Assembly: GCA_965232515.1 (NCBI GenBank)
Contig: CBDDPY010000002.1
Location: 3,328,001 to 3,392,000 of the forward strand
Length of the DNA stretch: 64,000 nt
Direction: 5' to 3'
Source of the DNA: Alphaproteobacteria bacterium
GTDB lineage: Bacteria > Pseudomonadota > Alphaproteobacteria > GCA-2731375
Shown: one piece after another, positions 18,969 through 28,604 of the stretch
Layout: every line of letters begins with the position of its first letter
Numbering within the stretch: position 1 is the first letter of the stretch
Notes under the pieces: model-generated
What the model was told of the DNA's origin: nothing
The model's input: the letters and a program-made list of their open reading frames with translations, nothing else
Databases searched by the model: none
Made by a program: the position numbers and the translations under genes

Positions 18969-20393
18969 ATGAACAGCGACGAGTTTCGCCGCCACGGCCA
19001 CGCCTTCGTGGACTGGATGGCGGATTACTTGGACAACGTCGAACAATATCCGGTGAAGGCGCAGGTGGCGCCGGGCGACATCGCGACGCAGCTGCCGACG
19101 AGCCCGCCCGAGCAGCCCGAGGACATGGCCAAAATCTTCCGCGATTTCGAGCGCATCATCGTGCCCGGCCTGACGCACTGGCAACACCCGAGCTTCTTCG
19201 CCTATTTCCCGGCCAACAACAGTCGGCCGTCGGTGCTGGCCGAGATGTTGACGGCGGCGCTCGGCACGCAGGGCATGATCTGGGAGACCTCGCCCGCCGC
19301 GACCGAGCTGGAAACCCGGGTCATGGACTGGCTGCGCCAGATCCTCGGGCTCGGCGACGGCTGGACCGGCGTCATCCAGGACACGGCATCCACCGCGATC
19401 CTCTGCGCCATCCTGACCGCGCGCGAGCAGGCGACCGACTACGGCATCAACGAGCACGGCTTTCGCGCCGAGGACCGGCTGACGGCCTATTGCTCGGGCG
19501 AAACCCATTCGGCGACCGAAAAGAACGCCAAGATCGCCGGTTTCGGCCGCGAGAACGTGCGCAAGATCGCCGTCGACGACCAGTTCGCCATCATCCCCGC
19601 CGAGCTGGAGAAGGCGATCGAGGCCGACAAAGCCGAAGGCTGCCGGCCGACGATTGTCGTCGCCAGCCTGGGCACGACCGGCGCCGGCGGCTTCGATCCG
19701 CTGCGGCCGATCGGCGAGATCTGCCGTCGGCACAGTGTCTGGCTGCATGTCGACGCGGCCTGGGCCGGCAGCGCGTTGGTGCTGCCCGAGCAGCGCTGGA
19801 TGATCGACGGCATCGAGCATGTCGACAGCTTCGTCTTCAACCCGCACAAATGGCTGTTCACCAACTTCGACTGCTCGGCCTATTTCGTGCGCGACCCGGA
19901 CGCGCTGATCCGCACCTTCTCGATCCTGCCGGAATTCCTGAAGCACGCCGAGCATGGCCGCGCCATCGACTACCGCGACTGGCACGTGCAGCTCGGTCGT
20001 CGCTTCCGGGCGCTGAAGCTCTGGTTCGTGCTGCGCAACTTTGGTGTTTCCGGCTTGCGCGAACGCGTGGCCGCGCACATCGCGCTCGCTCAGGAGCTGG
20101 CCGGCCAGATGGCCGCCGAACCCGACTTCGAGATCCTGGCGCCCGCCCGGCTCGCCCTCTTCTGCTTCCGCTACCGTCCCGCCGACGTCGATGACGAGGC
20201 CGAGATCGAACGCCTGAACAAGCAGCTCCTGCAGGCGCTCAACGAGTCCGGCGCCCTCTACCTGACCCAGGCCATCGTCGCCGGCAAATACGCCATCCGC
20301 TTCTCCATCGGCCAGACCGAAACGCAACGCCACCACGTCCAGGCCGCCTGGCACCGCATCCGCGACACCGCGCGGTCGCTGACCAACACGTGA
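18969..20393 (+). CDS. PLP-dependent group II decarboxylase (aromatic-L-amino-acid decarboxylase-like)
   Basis: PGLTHWQHPSFFAYFP, SPAATELE, HVDAAWAG, FNPHKW, LGRRFRALKLW. Confidence 0.92.
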   Translation: MNSDEFRRHGHAFVDWMADYLDNVEQYPVKAQVAPGDIATQLPTSPPEQPEDMAKIFRDFERIIVPGLTHWQHPSFFAYFPANNSRPSVLAEMLTAALGTQGMIWETSPAATELETRVMDWLRQILGLGDGWTGVIQDTASTAILCAILTAREQATDYGINEHGFRAEDRLTAYCSGETHSATEKNAKIAGFGRENVRKIAVDDQFAIIPAELEKAIEADKAEGCRPTIVVASLGTTGAGGFDPLRPIGEICRRHSVWLHVDAAWAGSALVLPEQRWMIDGIEHVDSFVFNPHKWLFTNFDCSAYFVRDPDALIRTFSILPEFLKHAEHGRAIDYRDWHVQLGRRFRALKLWFVLRNFGVSGLRERVAAHIALAQELAGQMAAEPDFEILAPARLALFCFRYRPADVDDEAEIERLNKQLLQALNESGALYLTQAIVAGKYAIRFSIGQTETQRHHVQAAWHRIRDTARSLTNT

Positions 20394-20478
20394 GTGCTTG
20401 GACAAGCGGCGGCCGGATGCGGCATGCTGAGGCCGGTCACGAACCGGTCCAAAACGCAACGTGTGGGAGGTCGTCTGT

Positions 20479-21363
20479 ATGAGCGGCTGGCTGGAAACCT
20501 ATCGCGGCATCGTCAATGCCTGGGAGTGCGACGTCGTCGAGCACTTTACCGTCGCCTACTACTACGACCGCTTCAGCGACGCGACGTTGAACATGTTGGC
20601 GGGTGTCGGCCTGGGCCAGGACTACATGGCCGAGACGCGCCATGCGCTGGCGACCGTCGACTGCTACACGCGCTATCTCGCCGAGCTGCGCGCCGGCGAC
20701 ATCCTGCATATCGAGAGCGGCGTCATCGACGCCGACGACAAGGGCGTCAGGCTCGGCCATAAAGTGATCAATTCGGCGAGCGGCGAGGTCGCGGCGACGC
20801 TCGAGCAGCGCCTGCTGCATTTCCATCTCGACGACCGCAAGGCTTTGCCGTTCCCGGCCGAGCTGCAGGAACGGGCGCTCGCCGGCCGCATCGACTGGGA
20901 CGGCGAGGCGCGCGAGGAACGCGCGGCGCCGGCCGACGACAGCGCCTTTATCGACACCGTGCGCGACACGGTGAAGCCCTGGGAGATCGACGTGCTGGGC
21001 CATATGGGCTTTCAGTTCTACGTGCACCGCTTCTCGGCCGCGACGCCGCAGGCGATCAGCGCCTTCGGCATGACGCCGGCCTATATGCAGGAGAACCGCA
21101 TCGGCTTCTCGACCTTCGAGTTCCAGCTCCGGTTTCTACGCGAGCTCCAGGCCGGCGACAGGGTGCATATACGCTCGGCCGTCATGCATGTCGGCGGCTC
21201 GTCCATGCGGGTGCTGAACCGCATGTACAACGCCAGCACCGGCGAACTTGCGGCCGAGCTGAGCCAGTTCGGCGTGCATCTCGACATGGCGGCGCGCCGG
21301 CCGAAACCGCTGCCGGACGAGATCCGCGCGCGTGGACAGGCCATGATGGCGGCAACGGCATGA
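20479..21363 (+). CDS. Tandem hotdog-fold thioesterase (two 4HBT-like domains)
   Basis: Repeated V..WE.D...H motif (VNAWECDVVEH, VKPWEIDVLGH) and EL.AGD twice; SD GGGAGG. Confidence 0.82.
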   Translation: MSGWLETYRGIVNAWECDVVEHFTVAYYYDRFSDATLNMLAGVGLGQDYMAETRHALATVDCYTRYLAELRAGDILHIESGVIDADDKGVRLGHKVINSASGEVAATLEQRLLHFHLDDRKALPFPAELQERALAGRIDWDGEAREERAAPADDSAFIDTVRDTVKPWEIDVLGHMGFQFYVHRFSAATPQAISAFGMTPAYMQENRIGFSTFEFQLRFLRELQAGDRVHIRSAVMHVGGSSMRVLNRMYNASTGELAAELSQFGVHLDMAARRPKPLPDEIRARGQAMMAATA

Positions 21364-22205
21364 GCGGCGGCACCGTCGATCCGCTGCCGGCCGTCGCGGA
21401 AACGGACGCGACCGGCGAAACCGCCGCGCTCTACGACGATATCCGCGCGACGCTGGGCGTGCCTGTCGTCAACCTGGTCTGGCGGCATCTCGCCACCTTC
21501 CCCGGCGCGCTTCCCTGGTGCTGGGAGGCGCTGAAGCCGGTCTACGAGTCGGGCGCCGTGTCGGTCGCCGCCGACGGCCTGAAAGACAGCCTCGACCTCC
21601 CGGTCATCCCGCCGATCCCGACAGCAACCTTGCGCGCGGCCGGCGTCGACGCCGACGGCGAAGCGCAGATCCGCACCGTGCTGGCGAGCTACAACCGCAG
21701 CAACGCCATGAACCTGATCGCGCTGACGGCGCTGGTCATGGCGTTGAAGGACGAACCGGCCATGGGCCCATCGCCGACCGCACAACCGGCCGACGACGGC
21801 GTCGCCGGCAGCCTGCCGCCGCTCATGTCGCTCGCCGACATGCCGGAGCACGTCGCGGCGTTGGTTGAAGACCTGAACCGCCTCGGCGACCGCGAGGACG
21901 GCCGCGTCATGGCCACCATGTACCGCCACCTCGCCCACTGGCCCGGCTTCCTCGCCATGCTCTGGGCGCTGTTTGCGCCGATGGCCGCGAGCGGGCGTCT
22001 CGAGCTCGCCATCGACGGCACGTTTGACGCCGCCCGGCAACGCGCCGCCTGGATGCTGGCCGGCATCGGCAAACCCGACGCCGACCTCGACGCTGACGTC
22101 CGCAGCCAAGTTCAAGCTACCCTCACCCGCTTCACCGACAACCTGATCGGCAAGATGGTCCCTATCGGTCTGATGCTTGACCGCGCAATGCCCGGCGGCG
22201 AGTAG
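21360..22205 (+). CDS. DehI/AhpD-like helical protein
   Basis: ATGETAALYDDIRATLGVPVVNLVWRHLATFP with internal repeat MYRHLAHWPGFL; ATGA-coupled to the thioesterase. Confidence 0.6.
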   Translation: MSGGTVDPLPAVAETDATGETAALYDDIRATLGVPVVNLVWRHLATFPGALPWCWEALKPVYESGAVSVAADGLKDSLDLPVIPPIPTATLRAAGVDADGEAQIRTVLASYNRSNAMNLIALTALVMALKDEPAMGPSPTAQPADDGVAGSLPPLMSLADMPEHVAALVEDLNRLGDREDGRVMATMYRHLAHWPGFLAMLWALFAPMAASGRLELAIDGTFDAARQRAAWMLAGIGKPDADLDADVRSQVQATLTRFTDNLIGKMVPIGLMLDRAMPGGE

Positions 22206-22239
22206 CTTCGAAGTTCAAAACCGAGAACCGGTCGCCATG

Positions 22240-22275
22240 CTTCGAGACGCGCCCTGACGGGCGTTCCTCAGCATG
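22240..22275. repeat. RIME/REP-like palindromic unit, left copy, interrupted by IS5
   Basis: cttcgagacgcgccctgacgggcgttcctcagcatg continues as (cagcatg)agg after the IS; inverse partner at 23485-23524. Confidence 0.7.
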
Positions 22276-23451
22276 GAGACCTTTGCACGGTTTTGGGAAG
22301 CGTGATTCACTGACGGTATAGGGGCTGTCGGTGAGGGTTTGAGATGTCTCGCAAGCGTGTTGGTCAGCTGGGGTTTGAGGACGCGGTTGTCGAGGCGCGG
22401 CTTGGCGCTCGGTTCGATCGGCTGTCGAAGATCAATGATCTTGTGGACTGGCGGCCGTTTGAGGCGCTGCTGGAGGGGCTTTATCCGTCGCGTCGGGGCG
22501 AGCCGTCTTATCCGGCGCTGATCATGTTCAAGGTGCTGCTGTTGCAGCGCTGGTACAATCTGTCGGATCCGATGATGGAGGAGGCGTTGGCGGACCGGAT
22601 CTCGTTCCGTCGGTTTGTCGGTCTGAGCCTGAGCGATCCGGTTCCCGATCACTCGACGATCCACCGTTTCCGGGACCGTCTACGCGGGGCGGCGCGTCTT
22701 GAGGCGCTGATGGGGGAGTTGTCGCGTCAGCTCGAAGCGCACCAGGTCGTGCTCAAACAAGGCACGTTGATTGATGCCAGCCTGGTGAGCAGCGCGGCGC
22801 GGCGGCCTCGGATCAAGGAAGGCCGGACCAGCCGGACCGATCCGGATGCGCGCTTTGGCACCAACAACGAGCGCCGGCGCTATAGCTTTGGCTACAAGCT
22901 GCATGTGGCCGTGGATCAGGGCTCGGCGCTGATCCGCGGCCTGTTTCTGACGCCGGCCAATCGCCAGGAGATCGACTTTGCCGCCGATTTGGTTCAGGGC
23001 GACGAGCAGGCCGTCTATGCCGACCGTGGTTATGACGCCCGGCGCCTGCGCGATCATCTGGCGGCGCTCGGCATCGCCGACGGGGTCATGCGCCATGCCC
23101 GTAAAGGCAGGCCGCTCAACGCCGAAGAGACCGCCCGGAACCACCGGCTGGTGGCCCGGCGCCGACCGGTCGAGAAGATCTTCGGCACCCTCAAACGAAG
23201 CTACCGCCTCAGCCGCCTGCCGCATTTCAGCCAAGCACGCAACGAAGTCACCGTCACGCTCGCCTGTTTCGCCTACAACCTGCGACGCCTCGCCGTCCTC
23301 TGCGCAACTTGAGGCCGCTCGATATCGACCTCATCGACAGCAAACAGGCCTCAAGCCGGTCAGCGGCTCGAAAACAGGCGCGATCGCCGCTAACAACCCA
23401 GCGCCAAGCTCGAACATAGCGACAAACAACACCTACCGTGCAAAGGTCTCC
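22275..23451 (+). mobile_element. IS5-family insertion sequence, complete
   Basis: Perfect 17-bp inverted repeats ggagacctttgcacggt (22275-22291) and accgtgcaaaggtctcc (23435-23451); flanking direct repeat agcat (cagcatg if the IR is read 1 nt shorter). Confidence 0.95.
22344..23312 (+). CDS. IS5-family DDE transposase
   Basis: LLQRWYNLSD, VPDHSTI.RFR, IDAS, GYKLH, ADRGY, R.PVEKIFGTLKR; intact ORF. Confidence 0.95.
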   Translation: MSRKRVGQLGFEDAVVEARLGARFDRLSKINDLVDWRPFEALLEGLYPSRRGEPSYPALIMFKVLLLQRWYNLSDPMMEEALADRISFRRFVGLSLSDPVPDHSTIHRFRDRLRGAARLEALMGELSRQLEAHQVVLKQGTLIDASLVSSAARRPRIKEGRTSRTDPDARFGTNNERRRYSFGYKLHVAVDQGSALIRGLFLTPANRQEIDFAADLVQGDEQAVYADRGYDARRLRDHLAALGIADGVMRHARKGRPLNAEETARNHRLVARRRPVEKIFGTLKRSYRLSRLPHFSQARNEVTVTLACFAYNLRRLAVLCAT

Positions 23452-23484
23452 AGCATGAGGTCGTGCCTCCATATCAAACACAAA

Positions 23485-23524
23485 CCTCACCCTGAGGTGC
23501 GGAGCGAAGCGAAGCCTCGAAGGG
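23485..23524. repeat. RIME/REP-like palindromic unit, right copy
   Basis: cctcaccctgagg...gcctcgaaggg; its ends match the reverse complement of the left unit. Confidence 0.7.
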
Positions 23525-23558
23525 TCGGCTATCAGGCTCCGGTCGACGTAGTCTGTAA

Positions 23559-25052
23559 TCAATGCGGCGGGGCGCCGTAGCGGTGGAGGTGGTAGGGCTG
23601 CTTGGCGAGGCCCGGGCAGAACGAGCCGACGATGCTCTCGAGGCGGTCGTAGAGCGCCTTGTTGGGCGCGTTGACGGCGGCGAGGCGTTCGTGGGCGCGT
23701 TCGGCGTCGGTGGCGATCTTGGCCAAATCGATGCCGGCGATGCGGCGGTTCTCGACCACCATGCGGCCGCCGATCATCACGCTGTGCACCGATGAGCCGT
23801 CCTCGGTGTGGACGAGCTGGTTCACCGGATCGTTGACCGGGATCCAGTTGATCGCCGTCAGATCCAGGAACACGATGTCGGCCTTGTAGCCCGGCGCGAT
23901 GCGGCCGATCTTGTCCAAGCCGAGCGCGCGGGCGCTGCCTTCGGTCGCCGCCGTGACGATCTCCTCTGGCTTGAGCCAGCGCTGCCAGTCCGGCCCGCGC
24001 ACGTGGCTGACGTAAGAGGCGACGCGCATCGACTCGTACATATTCTGGTGGTCGCAGCAATTGGCGCCGTCCGTGCCGATGCCGAGATTGACGCCGAGCT
24101 CGAGCATGCGGCGGGCGTCGGCGATGCCGTTGCCGAGCAGCGCGTTGCTGCCGGGATTGTGCGAGACCGAGCCGCCGCGGTCGCCGAGCCGCTTCATATC
24201 GTCGTCGTCGAGCCAGACGCCGTGTGCCACGACGAAATCGGGGCCCAGCAGACCGAGGTCGTCGATATGCGCGGTCAGGGTCTTGCCATAGACCTTCATG
24301 CCGCTGACCGCCTGCACCTTCGATTCCGAGACGTGGCTGTGCAGCCCCAACCCGTGCTCGCGGGCGAGATCGCGGCAGCCGATCATGAAGTCGTCGGAAC
24401 AGTGCAGCGGGATCGTCGGCGCCACGCCCGGCCGAAGCTGTTCGCGGTCGTGCGGCCAGGACTCGACGATCTCGCGCATGGCCGCAAGCGTCGTTTCGTG
24501 CGCGGGCAGCCTGAGGCGCTCGACGTCGGCCTGCAACGCGTCTGGCAGCGCGCCCATCAACCCCGGTATGGCCTCGAAGAAGCTGCTGTCGGCGACCATC
24601 GGCGCGACCACGGCGCGCATGCCGACATCGGCATAGGCCTTGGTGACGGCGCCGACGCCGTCGGTCGTCGGGATCGGCAGCTCGATCATCAGGTCGTAGC
24701 AGGCGGTGCAGCCCTTGAGTAGCATCTCGCAGGCGCCAATCAGGGTCGAAAGATACTTCTCCTCGGTCTCGCGGCCGCCGCTGATCCAAGGTCCCGCCGT
24801 CAGCAGCAGTTCCAGCGTCCAGCGCTCGCCCGTGCCTTTCGCCAGGTTGCCGTGGCTGTGCGTGTGGCCGTTGATCAGGCCCGGATGCATCAGTCGGCCG
24901 GCCGCGTCGATGGTCTCGGCCGCTTCGGGCGCGGCCATGCCGGGCGCCCCGATTTCCAGGATCGTGTCGCCGTCGATCAGGATGTCGCGGTGCGGCGCGG
25001 CGTGCGCCGCTACGTCGAGCAGCCGGCCGCCGCGAATGATTTTCATAGCCAT
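23559..25052 (-). CDS. Metal-dependent amidohydrolase/deaminase (Atz/Trz/SsnA-like)
   Basis: PGLINGHTHS, HSHVSES, AHGVWL, HNPGSN, GIGTDG, G..ADIV. Confidence 0.88.
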   Translation of the reverse strand: MAMKIIRGGRLLDVAAHAAPHRDILIDGDTILEIGAPGMAAPEAAETIDAAGRLMHPGLINGHTHSHGNLAKGTGERWTLELLLTAGPWISGGRETEEKYLSTLIGACEMLLKGCTACYDLMIELPIPTTDGVGAVTKAYADVGMRAVVAPMVADSSFFEAIPGLMGALPDALQADVERLRLPAHETTLAAMREIVESWPHDREQLRPGVAPTIPLHCSDDFMIGCRDLAREHGLGLHSHVSESKVQAVSGMKVYGKTLTAHIDDLGLLGPDFVVAHGVWLDDDDMKRLGDRGGSVSHNPGSNALLGNGIADARRMLELGVNLGIGTDGANCCDHQNMYESMRVASYVSHVRGPDWQRWLKPEEIVTAATEGSARALGLDKIGRIAPGYKADIVFLDLTAINWIPVNDPVNQLVHTEDGSSVHSVMIGGRMVVENRRIAGIDLAKIATDAERAHERLAAVNAPNKALYDRLESIVGSFCPGLAKQPYHLHRYGAPPH

Positions 25053-25082
25053 GATCTCAAGCTCCTTCGAAAGCCGCCCGCG

Positions 25083-25946
25083 TCAGGCGATCGTGTTCTG
25101 GCCGCTTTCGGCCGACCAGGGGAACAGCACGCGCTCGATCACCACCACGGCCTGGAACAACACGATGCCCATGACCGACAGAATGATCAGCGCCCCGAAG
25201 GCGACCGGCACCTGAAAGAACGCCGTCGCCGAGACGATGAGGTAGCCCAGGCCCTGATCGGCATTGACGAACTCGCCAACCACGGCGCCGACCACCGACA
25301 GCGCCACCGCCACCTTCAGACCGCTGAAGATGAACGGGATCGCGTAGGGCAGCCGGATACGGTAGAGCTCCTGCCAGATCGAGGCCTTGTAGGAACGGCC
25401 GAGCTCGATCAACTCGGACGGCACCGCCATCAGGCCGGTGGCGATGGCGATCACCAGCGGGAAGAACGCCACCAGAAACGTGACAACGATGCGCGGCAGC
25501 TCGTTCGCGCCGAGCAGTACCACCAGGATCGGCGCCAGCGCGACCTTGGGGATCGACTGCGTCAGCACCAGGATCGGATAGATCGCGTTCGCCACCGCGC
25601 GCGACGAGGTCAGCGCCACGGCGAGCGGCAGGCTGATGACGATCGAGACGACAAAACCGACCAGCACGGTATAGAGCGTCGCCAGCGTGTGGCCCCAGAC
25701 GGTGCCGGCGATGGCGACCGAGTCGGTCCAGATGACGCTCGGCGCCGGCAGCAGGTAGACCGGGATGTCGAACAGGTGGACGCTCGCCTCCCAGACCAGG
25801 CCCAAACCGACGACCACCGCCGTCGGCAGCAGGACTTCCTGGCCGAAGCGCGACAGCCGGGGCGATCTAGGCGGCGCCGGCGAGGCTTCGTCCGGATCGG
25901 CCGAAAATGAGGCTTCGGATGCGTTGGGCGCAGTCTTGGAACTCAT
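25083..25946 (-). CDS. ABC transporter permease (NitT/TauT family)
   Basis: LLPAPS, QSIPKVALAP, GAVVGEF...GLGY. Confidence 0.9.
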   Translation of the reverse strand: MSSKTAPNASEASFSADPDEASPAPPRSPRLSRFGQEVLLPTAVVVGLGLVWEASVHLFDIPVYLLPAPSVIWTDSVAIAGTVWGHTLATLYTVLVGFVVSIVISLPLAVALTSSRAVANAIYPILVLTQSIPKVALAPILVVLLGANELPRIVVTFLVAFFPLVIAIATGLMAVPSELIELGRSYKASIWQELYRIRLPYAIPFIFSGLKVAVALSVVGAVVGEFVNADQGLGYLIVSATAFFQVPVAFGALIILSVMGIVLFQAVVVIERVLFPWSAESGQNTIA

Positions 25947-26646
25947 GCAAGCCTTCCATATCGAAACTACGGGGCCGCGGCAGCGGCACGTCGATGATCT
26001 CGTCGATGCGGCCCGGACGCGGCGACATCACCACCACCCGGTCGGACAGCAGCACCGCCTCGGTGATGGCATGCGTGACGAACAGAATGGTCTTCGGCTG
26101 CTCGGTCCAGATTCGCAGCAGCTCCAGGCTCATCTCCTCGCGGGTCAACGCGTCGAGCGCGCCGAACGGCTCGTCCATCAGCAGGATCGCCGGATCGTGG
26201 ACCAGCGCCCGGCAGATCGCGGCACGCTGCTGCATACCGCCCGACAGCTCGCGCGGCTCGCGGTCCTCGAAGCCGCCGAGGCCCACGAGCTGCAGCAGAT
26301 CGTGCGCGCGGTCGCGGCTGTCGGCCTGCATCGCATGCATGATCTTGAGCGGGAACAGTACGTTCTCGACGATGCTCGCCCAGGGAAGCAGCGTCGCGTT
26401 CTGAAACACGATGCCGACCTCGCGCCGCGGTTCGGTGACCGCCGTGCCGTCGATGGCGATGCGGCCGGCATCTTGCGGCACCAAGCCGGCCACGAGCCGC
26501 AGCAACGTCGACTTGCCGCAGCCCGAAGGGCCGACCAGCGAGATGAACTGGTTGTCGGGAATGTCGAGGTCGATGCCGCTCAGCGCCGTCACGGCGCTGC
26601 CGTCGCGCGTGGTGAAGGTTTTCGAAACGTTGCCGATCTCAATCAA
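25867..26646 (-). CDS. ABC transporter ATP-binding protein (NitT/TauT family)
   Basis: GPSGCGKST, LSGGMQQR, MDEPFGALDALTR. Confidence 0.93.
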   Translation of the reverse strand: MIEIGNVSKTFTTRDGSAVTALSGIDLDIPDNQFISLVGPSGCGKSTLLRLVAGLVPQDAGRIAIDGTAVTEPRREVGIVFQNATLLPWASIVENVLFPLKIMHAMQADSRDRAHDLLQLVGLGGFEDREPRELSGGMQQRAAICRALVHDPAILLMDEPFGALDALTREEMSLELLRIWTEQPKTILFVTHAITEAVLLSDRVVVMSPRPGRIDEIIDVPLPRPRSFDMEGLHEFQDCAQRIRSLIFGRSGRSLAGAA

Positions 26647-26680
26647 GGCCGGACCCCACGATGTCTATTGAAGCGCGTAA

Positions 26681-26714
26681 GTCCGGGCGGGGCTGCCGGC
26701 AGCCCCGCCCGGAC
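26681..26714. repeat. Perfect 34-bp GC-rich palindrome between the SBP and ATPase genes
   Basis: gtccgggcggggctgcc|ggcagccccgcccggac; likely an mRNA-stabilising or attenuating stem. Confidence 0.8.
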
Positions 26715-26731
26715 CGGCGATCAGGTCAGGC

Positions 26732-27739
26732 TCATTGCGGCACGTGGCTGATGTCGACGGCCTGTTTCGGATCCCAGCTCTTGTCGAGCTCCTGCGCCGC
26801 GGCCACCGTTTCCCAGGTGAAGCCGAGACGTTCGTCATCGTAAAGGCCGAGCCCGGTCTTCGCGGAATGGTCGTTGATGACGAAGTCGAGCGTGGCGGTA
26901 ATGCTGCCGATGCAGTCGTCCAGCGCCACTTCCGGCACCCGTTCGACATGCAGCTTGCAGGCCTCCTCCGGGTTCGCCTGCGCCCACTTGAAGGCGTTCT
27001 GCGTCGCCGTCAGGAACCGTTTCACCAGATCCGGTTTCTCGTTCAGCATCTTTTCGGTGGTGACGATCGAGGCGGCGTAGATGGCGAAGCCGACCTTCTC
27101 GAACGGCAGCACGACGATCTCCTCGCCCGCCGCCTTCGCCGCCTTGTTCTGGTAGTAGTGGTGCATGGAATAGAACGGCGCGGCGTCGATGCGCTTGGAG
27201 ATCAGCAACGGCGCCATGGCGGCACCATCGGTCATCGACCAGACGATCTTGTCGGGATCGGTGCCGGCCCGCTCGGCCACCTTCGGGAAATAGACCTTGT
27301 GGCTGTTGCCGGGCGTGATGCCGATCTTTTTGCCTTCCAGGCCCTTGAAATTGGTGATGCCCGAGCTCTTCAGCACGAACAGCGAATGCGGCGAGTGTGT
27401 ATAGAGGAACATCGCGGTCTTCACCGGCACGCCGGTGCGGGCCTTCGCGGTCAGCAGCGCGCCGATGTCGGCGACGCCGAAGTCGGCCGCGCCCGTCGCG
27501 ATCTTGGTGACGGTATCGCCCGAGCCGTAGCCGCGGGTGATGTTGATGTCGATGCCTTGCTCTTTCCAGAAGCCCTTGGTCCAGCCGCCGTAATACATGG
27601 CGTGTTCGCCGGACGGGATCCAATCGGTCTGGAAATGCACCTTGTCGTCCGCCCGCGCGGCCGTTGCGGCGAACAGCGCGACGAGCGCGGTGGCGATGAA
27701 CGGTGTCGAATACCCTGTTGCTGAGCGTCCCATGGACAT
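26732..27739 (-). CDS. ABC transporter substrate-binding protein (NMT1/THI5-like)
   Basis: Signal peptide, DW.PSGEHA.YY, RGYGSGDTV; SD AGAAGGAGG. Confidence 0.88.
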   Translation of the reverse strand: MSMGRSATGYSTPFIATALVALFAATAARADDKVHFQTDWIPSGEHAMYYGGWTKGFWKEQGIDINITRGYGSGDTVTKIATGAADFGVADIGALLTAKARTGVPVKTAMFLYTHSPHSLFVLKSSGITNFKGLEGKKIGITPGNSHKVYFPKVAERAGTDPDKIVWSMTDGAAMAPLLISKRIDAAPFYSMHHYYQNKAAKAAGEEIVVLPFEKVGFAIYAASIVTTEKMLNEKPDLVKRFLTATQNAFKWAQANPEEACKLHVERVPEVALDDCIGSITATLDFVINDHSAKTGLGLYDDERLGFTWETVAAAQELDKSWDPKQAVDISHVPQ

Positions 27740-27958
27740 ACCTCCTTCTTATGCGGAAAAGGGGTATCCCCCTCTTCCGACGATTTTCGTCGAACAGGTA
27801 CGCTTGTCTGGAGTCACTCCCATCCAAATTATGGCATCGCGGGACCGCGGCGGATACCTAATTCGGATTGAACCTGTCCGCCGGATTCGGCTCATGCCCA
27901 CGTGACGCGATCATGCCGGGGGAGTGTAATTCGCTCAACGCGTCGCTAGAGTCGCGCG

Positions 27959-28588
27959 ATGACAAGGCAGGCGAAGCGCGGGCGACCGCCGTACAACGAC
28001 ATCCTGACGCCGGCGGAGTGGCGCACCGTTCACGCGGCGCAACACGGGATGTCGAACCGCCAGATCGCACGTCGACATGGCGTGAGCGTCGATGCCGTGA
28101 AGTTCCATATCGCCAACGCGGTTTCGAAGACCGGCTTGGACAGCAAACAGGCGCTTAGGCAGTGGTTCGCCGTGCCACGGCACAGCGCCCTTCAGGCGAG
28201 AAAGCAATCCATGGAATCCGATGTGAGCCTGGGCCCGATCGGGCAAATCTCCAGATCCGTTTCAGACCTCGACCGGTCGTCGGCCTGGTATCGGGATGTC
28301 CTGGAACTGCGTCATCTCTACATGTTCGGCAATTTGGCGTTCTTCGACTGCGGCGGCACGCGCCTCTTCCTGCAGGAAATCAAGGACGCCCTGCCCGACG
28401 AGTCGGTTATCTATTTCCGCGTTCCCGATATTGCGCGGGCCTACGAGAAGCTCCGCGGCCGCGGCATCGAATTCACGAGCGCCCCCCACATCATCCACCG
28501 GCACGACGACGGCATGGAAGAATGGATGGCGTTCTTCACCGATCCCGACGAACGGCCGCTCGCGATCATGTCGCAGGTCGAGCCCTGA
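27959..28588 (+). CDS. LuxR-type HTH fused to a VOC/glyoxalase domain
   Basis: LTPAEW...GMSNRQIARRHGVSVDAVKFHIAN, then IGQISRSVSDLDRS..WYRDVL and MAFFTDPD. Confidence 0.82.
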   Translation: MTRQAKRGRPPYNDILTPAEWRTVHAAQHGMSNRQIARRHGVSVDAVKFHIANAVSKTGLDSKQALRQWFAVPRHSALQARKQSMESDVSLGPIGQISRSVSDLDRSSAWYRDVLELRHLYMFGNLAFFDCGGTRLFLQEIKDALPDESVIYFRVPDIARAYEKLRGRGIEFTSAPHIIHRHDDGMEEWMAFFTDPDERPLAIMSQVEP

Positions 28589-28604
28589 CCGTTACGCGAA
28601 CGCG

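Noticed and set aside
27740-27958. TPP riboswitch upstream of the NMT1/THI5-like SBP
   Set aside because: No CUGAGA core found on the coding strand; only a simple hairpin.
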